Below are positions 1-8,178 of a DNA stretch of 64,000 bases, piece after piece. Position numbers and translations under genes: made by a program. The notes under the pieces were generated by a model, which was not told the origin of the DNA, searched no databases, and saw only the letters and a program-made list of their open reading frames with translations. Origin of the DNA: Firmicutes bacterium UBA5449 (GTDB lineage: Bacteria; Bacillota; SHA-98; UBA4971); assembly GCA_002424305.1 (NCBI GenBank), contig DIQZ01000051.1:3497-67496 (forward strand), written 5' to 3'. Position 1 is the stretch's first letter. Each line of letters starts with the position of its first letter.

Positions 1-416
1 CCGCCCGTCATCCCCTGCTTTTCCCCGATATAACCTGCACCAACCATGTGACCTGCTTGTCCTCGGACTCGTATCAAGCCTCCTGACATACCTGCGCCGG
101 GGAAACCTCCGACGTCTCCGTCCACTCGGATCTCTCCACCGGTCATACCTGCACCAAGGTGCATTCCCGCCGGGCCGGCAACAGTAAGAAGGCCTGAAGC
201 CATGTTATGTCCAAGGTATTTCACCTTGGACAGGTTCCCTTCAACATGTATATGCAGTTCAGCTCCGGAGCCGCTGACTTTCACATCAAAGAAATCATCT
301 ATTTGCATCGTTTCATTACCGTATAACAGGGGTAGCTCTTGAATTTCCTTCTCCGATTTGCCCAGCAAGACAGCAGGGCTAATGCTCTCAGCTTCAAGAG
401 GGACTTGTGGTAACAC
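1..416 (-). CDS. fwdC: Formylmethanofuran dehydrogenase subunit C, N-terminal part (3' end of the gene lies beyond the window start)
   Basis: The reverse-complement of 1..416 translates in one open frame. A GTG start at 416..414 lies a few nt after the fwdA stop. The product begins MLPQVPLEAESISPAVLLGKSEKEIQELPLLYGNETMQIDDFFDVKVSG. It continues with glycine-rich repeats (GPAGMHLGAGMTGGEIRVDGDVGGFPGAGMSGGLIRVRGQAGHMVGAGYIGE) typical of the FwdC/GltB-C beta-helix. The six-frame track does not list it because it is truncated by the window edge. Confidence 0.75.
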   Translation of the reverse strand, partial: MLPQVPLEAESISPAVLLGKSEKEIQELPLLYGNETMQIDDFFDVKVSGSGAELHIHVEGNLSKVKYLGHNMASGLLTVAGPAGMHLGAGMTGGEIRVDGDVGGFPGAGMSGGLIRVRGQAGHMVGAGYIGEKQGMTG

Positions 417-418
417 TT

Positions 419-2053
419 TTAGTCCGAAATATACGGTGGGCATGGAACCACCTCACAAGGCATAAACTTATCTCTTGCTACAGGGTAATTTTCCAAAGCA
501 ATACTATAGAACTGACTGAACTTAGGCTTGAGCCACTCAATAATATCTTCATCTTCCTCTAGATCCGCGACATACGTCTTGCCGACTGTCTCAGACAGTA
601 TTTCTCCTTCTCTTACTACAACCTCTCCGCCTTTTAGGACATAGACAGCTTCTCGAAACATTGCCTCATAATCACTGTTCGGCCTGTAAACGGCGATATC
701 TGCGTCAGCTCCAATCCCAAGATGTCCCTTGTTTGCAAGGCCCAACGTTTTTGCAGGTCCTGCCCGGGTGATTATTGCGATCTCTTCCAGCGTATATTCC
801 CTGGTAAGCTCCGGAAGCTCGCTGGAGCCAAGCGCCCTCTTGCTTACTGTTTGTGCTGTTTCTTCCCGGTAATCACGATCCATAAGAAGCTTGATGACCC
901 ATGGATATGAAGTGAACGGCCCACCGTTGGGGTGATCCGTTGTAAGAGAGATCTGCCACGGATTTTCCACCGTCAAGAACAACTCCAGCCCGGCAATCCA
1001 CTGTATAGCACCGGCATAAGTCCTCTTTCTGTAGTTGAGAGGCACAATACCTGACTGGGTTTCCATCTCTACCTCTTTACTTACCCATCGCTCCTTTGTT
1101 AACCTGTGCAAACTGTGTTGAAGAGGAGCGTCTGCAGTCATGGTGACTGCAGGACCAAACACAACTTGGCCCACATCCATGGTGATATTGGGGTTGGCAT
1201 TGACATACTCTGCCAACTTCCTGGCAGAAGACGCGAAAGGCCTTCCCTTTTTAGGGCCATATGCACCAAACTGCATGTGTGTAATATGGAGCCGTCTGCC
1301 TTCAGCCAATGCCATGGTTTCCAGGGTCGTCTCTCCGCTGGTGGGTTGTCCCAGGTTATTGCAGTGAAGGTGTAGAGGATGAGGCAATCCTAAGGCTTCA
1401 TTGACGTCAATCAGGGCATCAATGATCTCGCGGGGAGTAACTCCATACCCAACCGCTTCATCGTCGAGGCTGTTGACATTGCCACGTTTTCTCCAGTTCG
1501 CGCCTCCCCCCGGATTAACCGCTTTGATCCCGTATCCACCGGATGCCCTAATGAGGAAGGCAACATAGTCCCTAAGTCTCTCGAACTCACCATCCCGAAT
1601 GAGGCTTAAGACAAAGTGATTGCTACCCATCAGAACCAACATACCTTTATCGACAATGGGGATATCAGCCAGTTCCTCGTGGACATGACGCGCTTCAAGA
1701 GGAGGAGCTGCCGCTTCTGTAACATACGTGTAACCCATCCGGGCATATCGATGGCCTGTTATGAATGTGGACGGAACTACATGGCCTACGCCGCTCCTGG
1801 TAGTCGCAGTGCGCGGTACAGGGTCAGTACGGTGATCCTCGGGACAAAGCACACGGCCTACATTGACCTTGGGACCTGCGATATGCGAATGTATATCAAC
1901 TCCACCCGGCATCACTATAAGGCCCTTAGCGTCTATTACGCGGGCTCCCGAAGACGAGGGTACTATTTTGCCGTCTGAGACGTAAATATCCCCTACCTCT
2001 CCGGCTTTGCCGTTCAATGGGTCATAGATAGAGCCACCTTGTATGCAAAGCAC
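419..2053 (-). CDS. fwdA: Formylmethanofuran dehydrogenase subunit A (amidohydrolase-fold)
   Basis: 544 aa. N-terminus MLCIQGGSIYDPLNGKAGEVGDIYVSDGKIV...MPGGVDIHSHIAG is the FwdA/FhcA amidohydrolase signature, with an HxH metal site. It lies in operon context with fwdB, fwdD, ftr and fwdC. Confidence 0.8.
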   Translation of the reverse strand: MLCIQGGSIYDPLNGKAGEVGDIYVSDGKIVPSSSGARVIDAKGLIVMPGGVDIHSHIAGPKVNVGRVLCPEDHRTDPVPRTATTRSGVGHVVPSTFITGHRYARMGYTYVTEAAAPPLEARHVHEELADIPIVDKGMLVLMGSNHFVLSLIRDGEFERLRDYVAFLIRASGGYGIKAVNPGGGANWRKRGNVNSLDDEAVGYGVTPREIIDALIDVNEALGLPHPLHLHCNNLGQPTSGETTLETMALAEGRRLHITHMQFGAYGPKKGRPFASSARKLAEYVNANPNITMDVGQVVFGPAVTMTADAPLQHSLHRLTKERWVSKEVEMETQSGIVPLNYRKRTYAGAIQWIAGLELFLTVENPWQISLTTDHPNGGPFTSYPWVIKLLMDRDYREETAQTVSKRALGSSELPELTREYTLEEIAIITRAGPAKTLGLANKGHLGIGADADIAVYRPNSDYEAMFREAVYVLKGGEVVVREGEILSETVGKTYVADLEEDEDIIEWLKPKFSQFYSIALENYPVARDKFMPCEVVPCPPYISD

Positions 2054-3315
2054 TCTACCACCCCCTTGTCAATGGCAAGCAGAATATCGCAATCAGTGGG
2101 ATACTTTGAGTCAATCACTTTCTTTAGAGGCAGAGGAACCTGGTCCATCCTGTATGCGGTTCCGGAAGCTGCCACCCCAATAGGCGCCGAGGGCAGGAAT
2201 ACTCGAGCAAACTTTGCTGTAGCTGAGTAGTTGGGATCTATGACTATCGTCGGTATCTTACCTAGATATTCACCTGCACGGGCAGGCAGAGTCGCCGCAG
2301 GGTCTGACGCTACAACCAACGCTGCGTCTACTTCCTCACGACAGAGAAGGTCCGTCACTGTGAACTCACCCGGACCATACCTTGGATATCCACGGCTGAA
2401 GTTGATACCAAATGGATAGCCGGTCTGCCAAGTCAGGACTGTCTCAGCTCCTGCCACATTCCCGTGACCACGCATAGGTATAACAGTGAACGCTGTCTTC
2501 TCATTTAGGTCATGCACAAGGGACAGAGCTTGTTGTACGTTGTAATGGGTCCCACGAGTCATGGTAAGTCCCATTCCGAAAAAGAACACCCCGTATTCAG
2601 CATCTTGGAGCACGCTTGAGGTATTTAGAATCTCGTCCCGACTGATCCCTCCAAAAGTATCTCCTCTGAGTTCATTGCCGGAAAGGACAGCTCTTAGTGC
2701 TGTCAAGACTTGAAAATCTCCGTTTGGTTCCACTTGCAAAAAGATGTCTGCAGCTTTTGCAGTAGCAGTTCTCCTCACATCTGCAACAATTATCCTGCGG
2801 TCACGTCTACCCCCTTCTGTGTTGAGTCCCTTTGCTTGAACTGAATAGCGACTGAAATGCCTGGGATGAGCTTCTACCGGGTTACAGCCCCAGAAGACTA
2901 CCACATCCGCCCTGTTCTTGACTTCACCAAGTGTACATGTGGATAAACCTACAAGCTGTTTTGCCACTGTGCCCGGGCCATGGCATACTGAGGATGTAGA
3001 ATCAATGCTTGCCCCAAGAGTCTCCCCGAGCTTGACAGCAGCAGCTTGAGCTTCACTGCCTGCGCTGGACAACCCATATATAAGTGGATGTCTGGCTTTC
3101 GCCAGTATCTCAACGGCAGCGTCCAGAGCTTCGGAGAAATCCACCTCTTTCCCGTCAACAAGTGGCACTTCATTATCTATCGGGCTCAAGAACTTGCTTC
3201 GGGAAATAGCGCAGCCTCCCCTCACCTTGGAGATTGTGTTTCCCTCAATCTCCAGCACAATGTCGTCGCAAAGGGAACCACAAAAAGAACAGACAATATT
3301 TTCAAGTCTTCTCAT
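2014..3315 (-). CDS. fwdB: Formylmethanofuran dehydrogenase subunit B (molybdopterin/tungstopterin oxidoreductase fold)
   Basis: 433 aa. An N-terminal Cys cluster (CSFCGSLCDD...GGC) is consistent with a [4Fe-4S] site. An SSVCHGPG motif is consistent with a Cys metal ligand (a Cys codon, not Sec). Size and fold are typical of FwdB. It overlaps the fwdA start by 40 nt. Confidence 0.8.
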   Translation of the reverse strand: MRRLENIVCSFCGSLCDDIVLEIEGNTISKVRGGCAISRSKFLSPIDNEVPLVDGKEVDFSEALDAAVEILAKARHPLIYGLSSAGSEAQAAAVKLGETLGASIDSTSSVCHGPGTVAKQLVGLSTCTLGEVKNRADVVVFWGCNPVEAHPRHFSRYSVQAKGLNTEGGRRDRRIIVADVRRTATAKAADIFLQVEPNGDFQVLTALRAVLSGNELRGDTFGGISRDEILNTSSVLQDAEYGVFFFGMGLTMTRGTHYNVQQALSLVHDLNEKTAFTVIPMRGHGNVAGAETVLTWQTGYPFGINFSRGYPRYGPGEFTVTDLLCREEVDAALVVASDPAATLPARAGEYLGKIPTIVIDPNYSATAKFARVFLPSAPIGVAASGTAYRMDQVPLPLKKVIDSKYPTDCDILLAIDKGVVECFAYKVALSMTH

Positions 3316-3666
3316 CTATGTCTTGCGCCTCCTGACCTTACATGGGATGCCCTTAAATCCGGGCATACCACTTCCTTCAGTTGCGTCCCGTGTTAGTCTA
3401 TTTGCGGGAGGACCGTACGGTATAAAGATAATACCTTCCGGCAGATCTCCTTTGCGACATAAGAATCGACCGACACCAAAGTCTGTAGATATCTCAACAG
3501 AGTCTCCATGTTTGAGGCCAAGCATCTCCATGGTGGATGAACTTAACTCAACCAGACTCGTCTCCTTCTTATACACGTCAGAATCCTTACCGTCTGCGAC
3601 ACCGACTCCCTGCCTCAAGGTTCGACCTGTGATAAGAATGGCGTGGATTTCCGGAATAAAGGCCAC
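3316..3666 (-). CDS. fwdD: Formylmethanofuran dehydrogenase subunit D (molybdopterin dinucleotide-binding domain)
   Basis: 116 aa small subunit located directly upstream of fwdB; its stop abuts the fwdB start. The sequence (ILITGRTLRQGVGV...GIIFIPYGPPANRL) matches the molydop_binding/FwdD small-subunit pattern. Confidence 0.7.
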   Translation of the reverse strand: MAFIPEIHAILITGRTLRQGVGVADGKDSDVYKKETSLVELSSSTMEMLGLKHGDSVEISTDFGVGRFLCRKGDLPEGIIFIPYGPPANRLTRDATEGSGMPGFKGIPCKVRRRKT

Positions 3667-3772
3667 CTCCTACCCTGATGCCTCTCTGATACCCTTCTAT
3701 GATGCTAATACCTTCAAGCAATCCTTGATAAAAAGTTGCAGGCGCTTTCGGCGCCTGCAACTTTAGCAGATC

Positions 3773-4666
3773 TTACTTCAACACGTCATATAGGCGAATA
3801 TGGTGTTTCCCGAGCTTATCTCCGTAATTACCGGCTGTAATCTCTACAATCCCAGGGATACAAGCTGCTCTTATTCCAAGCTTCATAGCTTCTTTGACTG
3901 ATTCCATATTCAGGCCGTTTATTACGATTTCATATACGCATGTAACACCGGGTGGGACTAAAGTGTCCTCAACCTTGTCACGAACAGTGGGACAGAATCT
4001 TTGATTGCTTGAAGCAGGAAGGAAGTCGTAATTCACCCCACCAATCTTACTACCGGAGCGGACTACTCCCTTTGGAAACGGAAGAAGCACGCCTGGCACC
4101 TTCCCGGCAGCTTCCACAGCTTTGACAGCAGCCTCAAGACACGCCTTCCTGTCCTTACCGAGTATGATGAAATTGCCTCCGCCGATCCCTTCAGCTACCC
4201 CATAAGTGCCTTCGATGATGAATTCTCCGTCCATCATAGGCACATGCCAGTAAGTAGCTCCATTCTTTTCCTCGCTGTACTCATAGCCATCACCGAAGTA
4301 ACGCAACATTTCACCTGTTTCAACCTTGTTTTCACTCTTAAGGCCATTGAATGCGGATGTAGTGGCACAAGTCAATACACACATCCCGACACGTCCAAAG
4401 AGCTGGTCATGGAGTTTCTCCTTATCCAGGGCAAAGATTAGTATGGACACACCGGGCCTTCCGTCCGGGGTGTCTTTGACCTCCCCTTCAATGCCTGCTT
4501 CTCCCCCACAACCAATGATTGAAGTGCCCATTCCTACAGCTTCTCTTGCAGCTTCCATCGCCCAGTCCATAGTATCGGCGGTCACAATCACTCGTGTCCC
4601 AAGAAAATCAAAAGCCTCTGCATACGTGTCCTTGATGGGAACGCCATTGATAATCAACAAGATCAC
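3773..4666 (-). CDS. ftr: Formylmethanofuran:tetrahydromethanopterin N-formyltransferase
   Basis: 297 aa, the expected size for Ftr/FhcD. The N-terminus MILLIINGVPIKDTYAEAFDF and overall composition match Ftr. It is the first biosynthetic-pathway gene upstream of fwdDBAC in the same operon. Confidence 0.8.
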   Translation of the reverse strand: MILLIINGVPIKDTYAEAFDFLGTRVIVTADTMDWAMEAAREAVGMGTSIIGCGGEAGIEGEVKDTPDGRPGVSILIFALDKEKLHDQLFGRVGMCVLTCATTSAFNGLKSENKVETGEMLRYFGDGYEYSEEKNGATYWHVPMMDGEFIIEGTYGVAEGIGGGNFIILGKDRKACLEAAVKAVEAAGKVPGVLLPFPKGVVRSGSKIGGVNYDFLPASSNQRFCPTVRDKVEDTLVPPGVTCVYEIVINGLNMESVKEAMKLGIRAACIPGIVEITAGNYGDKLGKHHIRLYDVLK

Positions 4667-4735
4667 TCCTTATAATGATTTATGATTCATAGGACTCTCG
4701 TTACCTTATGTGGCACATCCTGATAATCGATGACA

Positions 4736-5923
4736 TCATCCGGTTCGGCGCACATTTGCAAGCACCCAAGCTTGCTGCTTTTCAAGGGCGGCAAGACACC
4801 CATCCCGTGACTTGGCTTTCGCAAATACCGTGCATAACGGCGTCTCAGCCGGAATTTCCTCACCAGGCTGTGGAATATCACGAATTCCCCTGTCGAACCA
4901 CGCATTGGTGTCGACTGTCACCAGATCCCACGGAGCATAAACGATTGTCTTACCCCAGCATGAACCTGAATAACCCGGGTTCTCTTCAAAAAGTGAATGC
5001 CTATTCGGCAACCTATTTTGAAAGGCTTCCACGTGTAGCCCGAAAATATCAAGTCCGTATGCCTTTCGATAAAGCTCCATGGAGGAAGAATAGCGTGGGT
5101 TTACCTCTAGAAACAACACATTTCCTTCATCCGTGACAAGAAAGTCTATGCCATTTACGCCTATGAGACCGCATTTCGCAGTGATAACATTGACCATTCT
5201 TCTGACTTTTGCCAGCACCTGCTCTCTTACTGAGCTGGAACTGTTACAGTGTGAAAAGGTCAGTGGCACAATATTCCCGCAGTAGAGAAAAGGTTTGGCT
5301 GCAAACTTTTCCAATCCGCAAAGCTGTTCACTTAACCCGAGTATCACAGCATCTGTTCCATTTGCGACAAAAGACACTGACGCCGGTGTAGCTTGACAGA
5401 ACTCCTGTAACATGTACCCGTCAGGTACAGGGATATCGGGCAAAGCCCGGACTATCCTATTGCCACCGCCTGAGTCATGGGGTTTGCACAACCAATCACC
5501 CGGCGGAGGCGAACCCCTCCAAACGTGCAAGGTTTTTGGATAATTGATGTCTACCTTCTGTAACAGGTGATGTAGCCGTTGAAAATCCCTGGCTGCCATG
5601 ACTGTCTGGGCAGAGTTCCCCAAGAGCTTCTTGTGCTCTGCAAGATGTCTTATGATCTCCGGGTGGTTTTCCACACTCGACGTATAAGCAACAGCTTCAT
5701 GGCTGACCCCGGTCGCCTCGAGCTTGTGCAGCGCTTCAATAACTATCTCAGGACTGAAACTTGAGGTCAGGAAGTCACGTCTTAGCGAGTAACTCCTGCC
5801 CCATCTCTTCTGATCCATATCGCCGAAATAGTCCAACGTAGTAATGGAATATCCGGCATTACGGCTTAATGCAGCGCATTCTGCCAAGCCTCGAGTGCTA
5901 AAACCCAGTATCAGCAGGTTCAC
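4736..5923 (-). CDS. ATP-grasp domain ligase, probably cofactor (H4MPT or methanofuran) biosynthesis
   Basis: 395 aa. An EVNPRYSSS motif and overall architecture indicate the ATP-grasp fold. It is the first gene of the ftr-fwd operon, with AGGAGG 7 nt upstream of the ATG. Comparable ATP-grasp genes accompany H4MPT-pathway clusters. Confidence 0.55.
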   Translation of the reverse strand: MNLLILGFSTRGLAECAALSRNAGYSITTLDYFGDMDQKRWGRSYSLRRDFLTSSFSPEIVIEALHKLEATGVSHEAVAYTSSVENHPEIIRHLAEHKKLLGNSAQTVMAARDFQRLHHLLQKVDINYPKTLHVWRGSPPPGDWLCKPHDSGGGNRIVRALPDIPVPDGYMLQEFCQATPASVSFVANGTDAVILGLSEQLCGLEKFAAKPFLYCGNIVPLTFSHCNSSSSVREQVLAKVRRMVNVITAKCGLIGVNGIDFLVTDEGNVLFLEVNPRYSSSMELYRKAYGLDIFGLHVEAFQNRLPNRHSLFEENPGYSGSCWGKTIVYAPWDLVTVDTNAWFDRGIRDIPQPGEEIPAETPLCTVFAKAKSRDGCLAALEKQQAWVLANVRRTG

Positions 5924-5960
5924 ATTGCATTTCCTCCTTGTATTCCCCTATTGTCATTAT

Positions 5961-5979
5961 GATGCAAGTTTCGTGCCTG
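5961..5979 (-). promoter_or_regulatory. Sigma-54 (-24/-12) promoter for the ATP-grasp/ftr/fwd operon
   Basis: The minus strand reads CAGGCACGAAACTTGCATC. This is GGCACG-N4-TTGCA with the canonical GG-N10-GC spacing. The predicted transcription start lies about 30 nt upstream of the ATP-grasp ATG. A sigma-54 enhancer-binding protein gene lies immediately upstream. Confidence 0.55.
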
Positions 5980-6050
5980 GAGATTGTAGATGCGTGAGAT
6001 TTCAGATTAGGCCAGCTAGAGTCGTTTCTCCTTGATCATAACGGGAAACA

Positions 6051-6065
6051 CTGAACCACATTCAG
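6051..6065. promoter_or_regulatory. Inverted repeat CTGAA-N5-TTCAG, candidate enhancer (UAS) site
   Basis: Seen directly in the sequence, about 75-90 bp upstream of the sigma-54 promoter. Confidence 0.25.
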
Positions 6066-6179
6066 CAGGAAGATTCGTGGGACTGTATCGATTTGAAACG
6101 CTCTTGCTTTCAAGCCCGGGAATGCATTTTCCATATCAAAACAGGGATTTAGTGGGAAACTATAACTGTTATTGAGCAG

Positions 6180-6198
6180 ATGTCCCAACCTGGGACAT
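6180..6198. promoter_or_regulatory. Perfect palindrome ATGTCCCA-N3-TGGGACAT, candidate enhancer (UAS) site
   Basis: An 8-3-8 perfect inverted repeat lies about 200 bp upstream of the sigma-54 promoter, between the EBP gene stop and the promoter. Confidence 0.35.
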
Positions 6199-6232
6199 GT
6201 ATCATAGTGCTACGATTATCATAACTTTGACT

Positions 6233-8173
6233 CTAGAAGTTCTCTTCGCGCAAGGACGCAAGGTCAATACTGTACTTCTCCAGTTTCCTGTATAGAGTCG
6301 TTCTGCCTACCCCCAACTGCTTGGCAGCAGCGCTCATGTTACCCCCATACAAGGCAAGAGCATTTAAGATCGCATCCCTCTCAACCTCATCGAGGCTTCG
6401 TGGATACGCGTTCAAGGGACGTGTATCCACAGGGAGAATATGCCCATCGGCCCCTGGATCCGATTGCCTTGCGATTCGAGTAGGAAGGTGCTTGAGGCTC
6501 AGAACGCTTCCTTCTAATAGATGATTCGCTTGCTCCATAACATTTTCCAGTTCTCTGACATTACCCGGCCAACTGTATTTCATAAGCACCGCTTCAACTT
6601 CAGGAGTCATTTCTATTGAATCAAGACCGCGTTGCTTTGCGAAGCGTTGAAGGAAACACGTAGCCAGAATCAAGATATCTTCGCCTCTGTCGCGAAGAGG
6701 AGGTATAACCACGTTCACAACGCTGAGACGATAATAAAGGTCCAACCTGAAATGGCCTTCTTTGACTAAACGTGCAATATCCTTGTTCGTTGCAGCAATT
6801 ACCCGTATCTGAACGGGAATAGGCGTATGTCCGCCAATCCTGACTACTTGTTTGTCTTGTAACACCCTCAACAGGCTACTCTGAGTCTCTAAGGGAATAT
6901 CACCTATTTCATCCAAGAACAGTGTGCCCCCGCTGGCAAGTTCGAACTTTCCCGGCCTCCCGCCCCTCCTTGCCCCGGTGAAAGCACCTTCCTCATATCC
7001 GAAAAGTTCACTTTCAACTAAGTCTCTGGGCAACGCTGCGCTGTTTACAGCCACGAACGGGCCGTTCCTGCGCGGACTGGCATTATGGATAGCCTGAGCA
7101 AAAAGCTCTTTACCTGTCCCGCTTTCACCTACCAGAAGGACTGTGGAGTCTGATCTGGCAACCCGGCGGGCCATGTCAATTTTTTCAAGGAATTTCGGAT
7201 CTTCCCCGATAAGGTCGGAAAACGTAAACCTGGCCTGTGCTCCTACCATTCGTGTAACAAGGCGCTGCACTGACTTCATCTCTCTAAATGTTAGAACAAT
7301 CCCGAAAACCCGGCCTTGTTGAGAGCAAATTGCCCTACTGGTAACAGTCACATGCACCCTGCGATTATTCAAGGTCACAGCAAGTTCCCGGTCATTGAAA
7401 CCTTCTCTACCGGTCTTAATAGCCTGTAGCAGAGGAAGTGATTCCCGAAATATCTCATCTGCTCGCTGGCCAATGCAAGCCATAGGCTTGAGCCCGAAAA
7501 TCCTTCCTGCTACGTGATTCATGTGAGTAATAATACCATCATTGTTTATGGCGACCAGTCCGTCTGACATAGCTTGAACTACTGAATAAAGCTGCTCAGT
7601 TGTGCGTTCTAACTCGAGTTGATTTTCGATGGCTGCTGCGGCTGCCGCAACCATGCCAAGAGTATGGGGATGAGAGGCGTCTTTGGAGCCGACAACCCCA
7701 AGAATACCGAAAAAAGCCCCCTCAGGACTTGAGATAGGGGCTGCAGCTCCGGCTAAATCATGATATGCCTTCAGGTAGTGTTCATCACCTATGACCTGAC
7801 AAGGCTTTCTCTCACTAAGCACAAGGCTGATGGCATTGGTGCCATGCTGTTCTTCACTCCATAAAGTCCCTACTTCAAGAGGTACACAAGAAAGTTGTGA
7901 GAGCCTGGACTCCCCGGTGACTGAAATCAAATAACCTTCAGAATCACCTAAGAATACCTGCCGATTAGCTGACACAAAAGAAGCGATTCTTTCCATAAAA
8001 GGGTGGGCTACTCTCGCCATTGAAAGAGAAGGTTTTAGATGACTTTCCAACTCCTTACCGACAAGCTTCACTGAAGTAGGCTCCTGATCTGAATTCATAC
8101 CTCGATTGCAACAGCGATCCCAGGATGCTGCAACTATTGAATTCATGGTATTCTTTCGTGTAACCCTGTCCAT
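6233..8173 (-). CDS. Sigma-54-dependent transcriptional activator (GAF/PAS sensor, AAA+ domain, Fis-type HTH)
   Basis: 646 aa. It has a GESGTGKE Walker A, a GAFTGA-like region (EEGAFTGAR), and a C-terminal HTH (AAAKQLGVGRTTLYRKL). The N-terminal part is sensor-like, with an HMNHVAGRIFG PAS-type segment. Confidence 0.85.
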   Translation of the reverse strand: MDRVTRKNTMNSIVAASWDRCCNRGMNSDQEPTSVKLVGKELESHLKPSLSMARVAHPFMERIASFVSANRQVFLGDSEGYLISVTGESRLSQLSCVPLEVGTLWSEEQHGTNAISLVLSERKPCQVIGDEHYLKAYHDLAGAAAPISSPEGAFFGILGVVGSKDASHPHTLGMVAAAAAAIENQLELERTTEQLYSVVQAMSDGLVAINNDGIITHMNHVAGRIFGLKPMACIGQRADEIFRESLPLLQAIKTGREGFNDRELAVTLNNRRVHVTVTSRAICSQQGRVFGIVLTFREMKSVQRLVTRMVGAQARFTFSDLIGEDPKFLEKIDMARRVARSDSTVLLVGESGTGKELFAQAIHNASPRRNGPFVAVNSAALPRDLVESELFGYEEGAFTGARRGGRPGKFELASGGTLFLDEIGDIPLETQSSLLRVLQDKQVVRIGGHTPIPVQIRVIAATNKDIARLVKEGHFRLDLYYRLSVVNVVIPPLRDRGEDILILATCFLQRFAKQRGLDSIEMTPEVEAVLMKYSWPGNVRELENVMEQANHLLEGSVLSLKHLPTRIARQSDPGADGHILPVDTRPLNAYPRSLDEVERDAILNALALYGGNMSAAAKQLGVGRTTLYRKLEKYSIDLASLREENF

Positions 8174-8178
8174 TTTCC

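Noticed and set aside
2014-3315. Selenocysteine (in-frame TGA) in FwdB
   Set aside because: The ORF is uninterrupted and the candidate ligand position is encoded as Cys.
419-4666. Alternative reading as methylotroph-type FhcABCD formyltransferase/hydrolase complex
   Set aside because: The FwdD-like subunit is present. FwdB retains its cluster and metal-ligand cysteines. The gene order ftr-fwdD-fwdB-fwdA-fwdC differs from fhcCDAB. The possibility is kept as the stated refutation test in findings.
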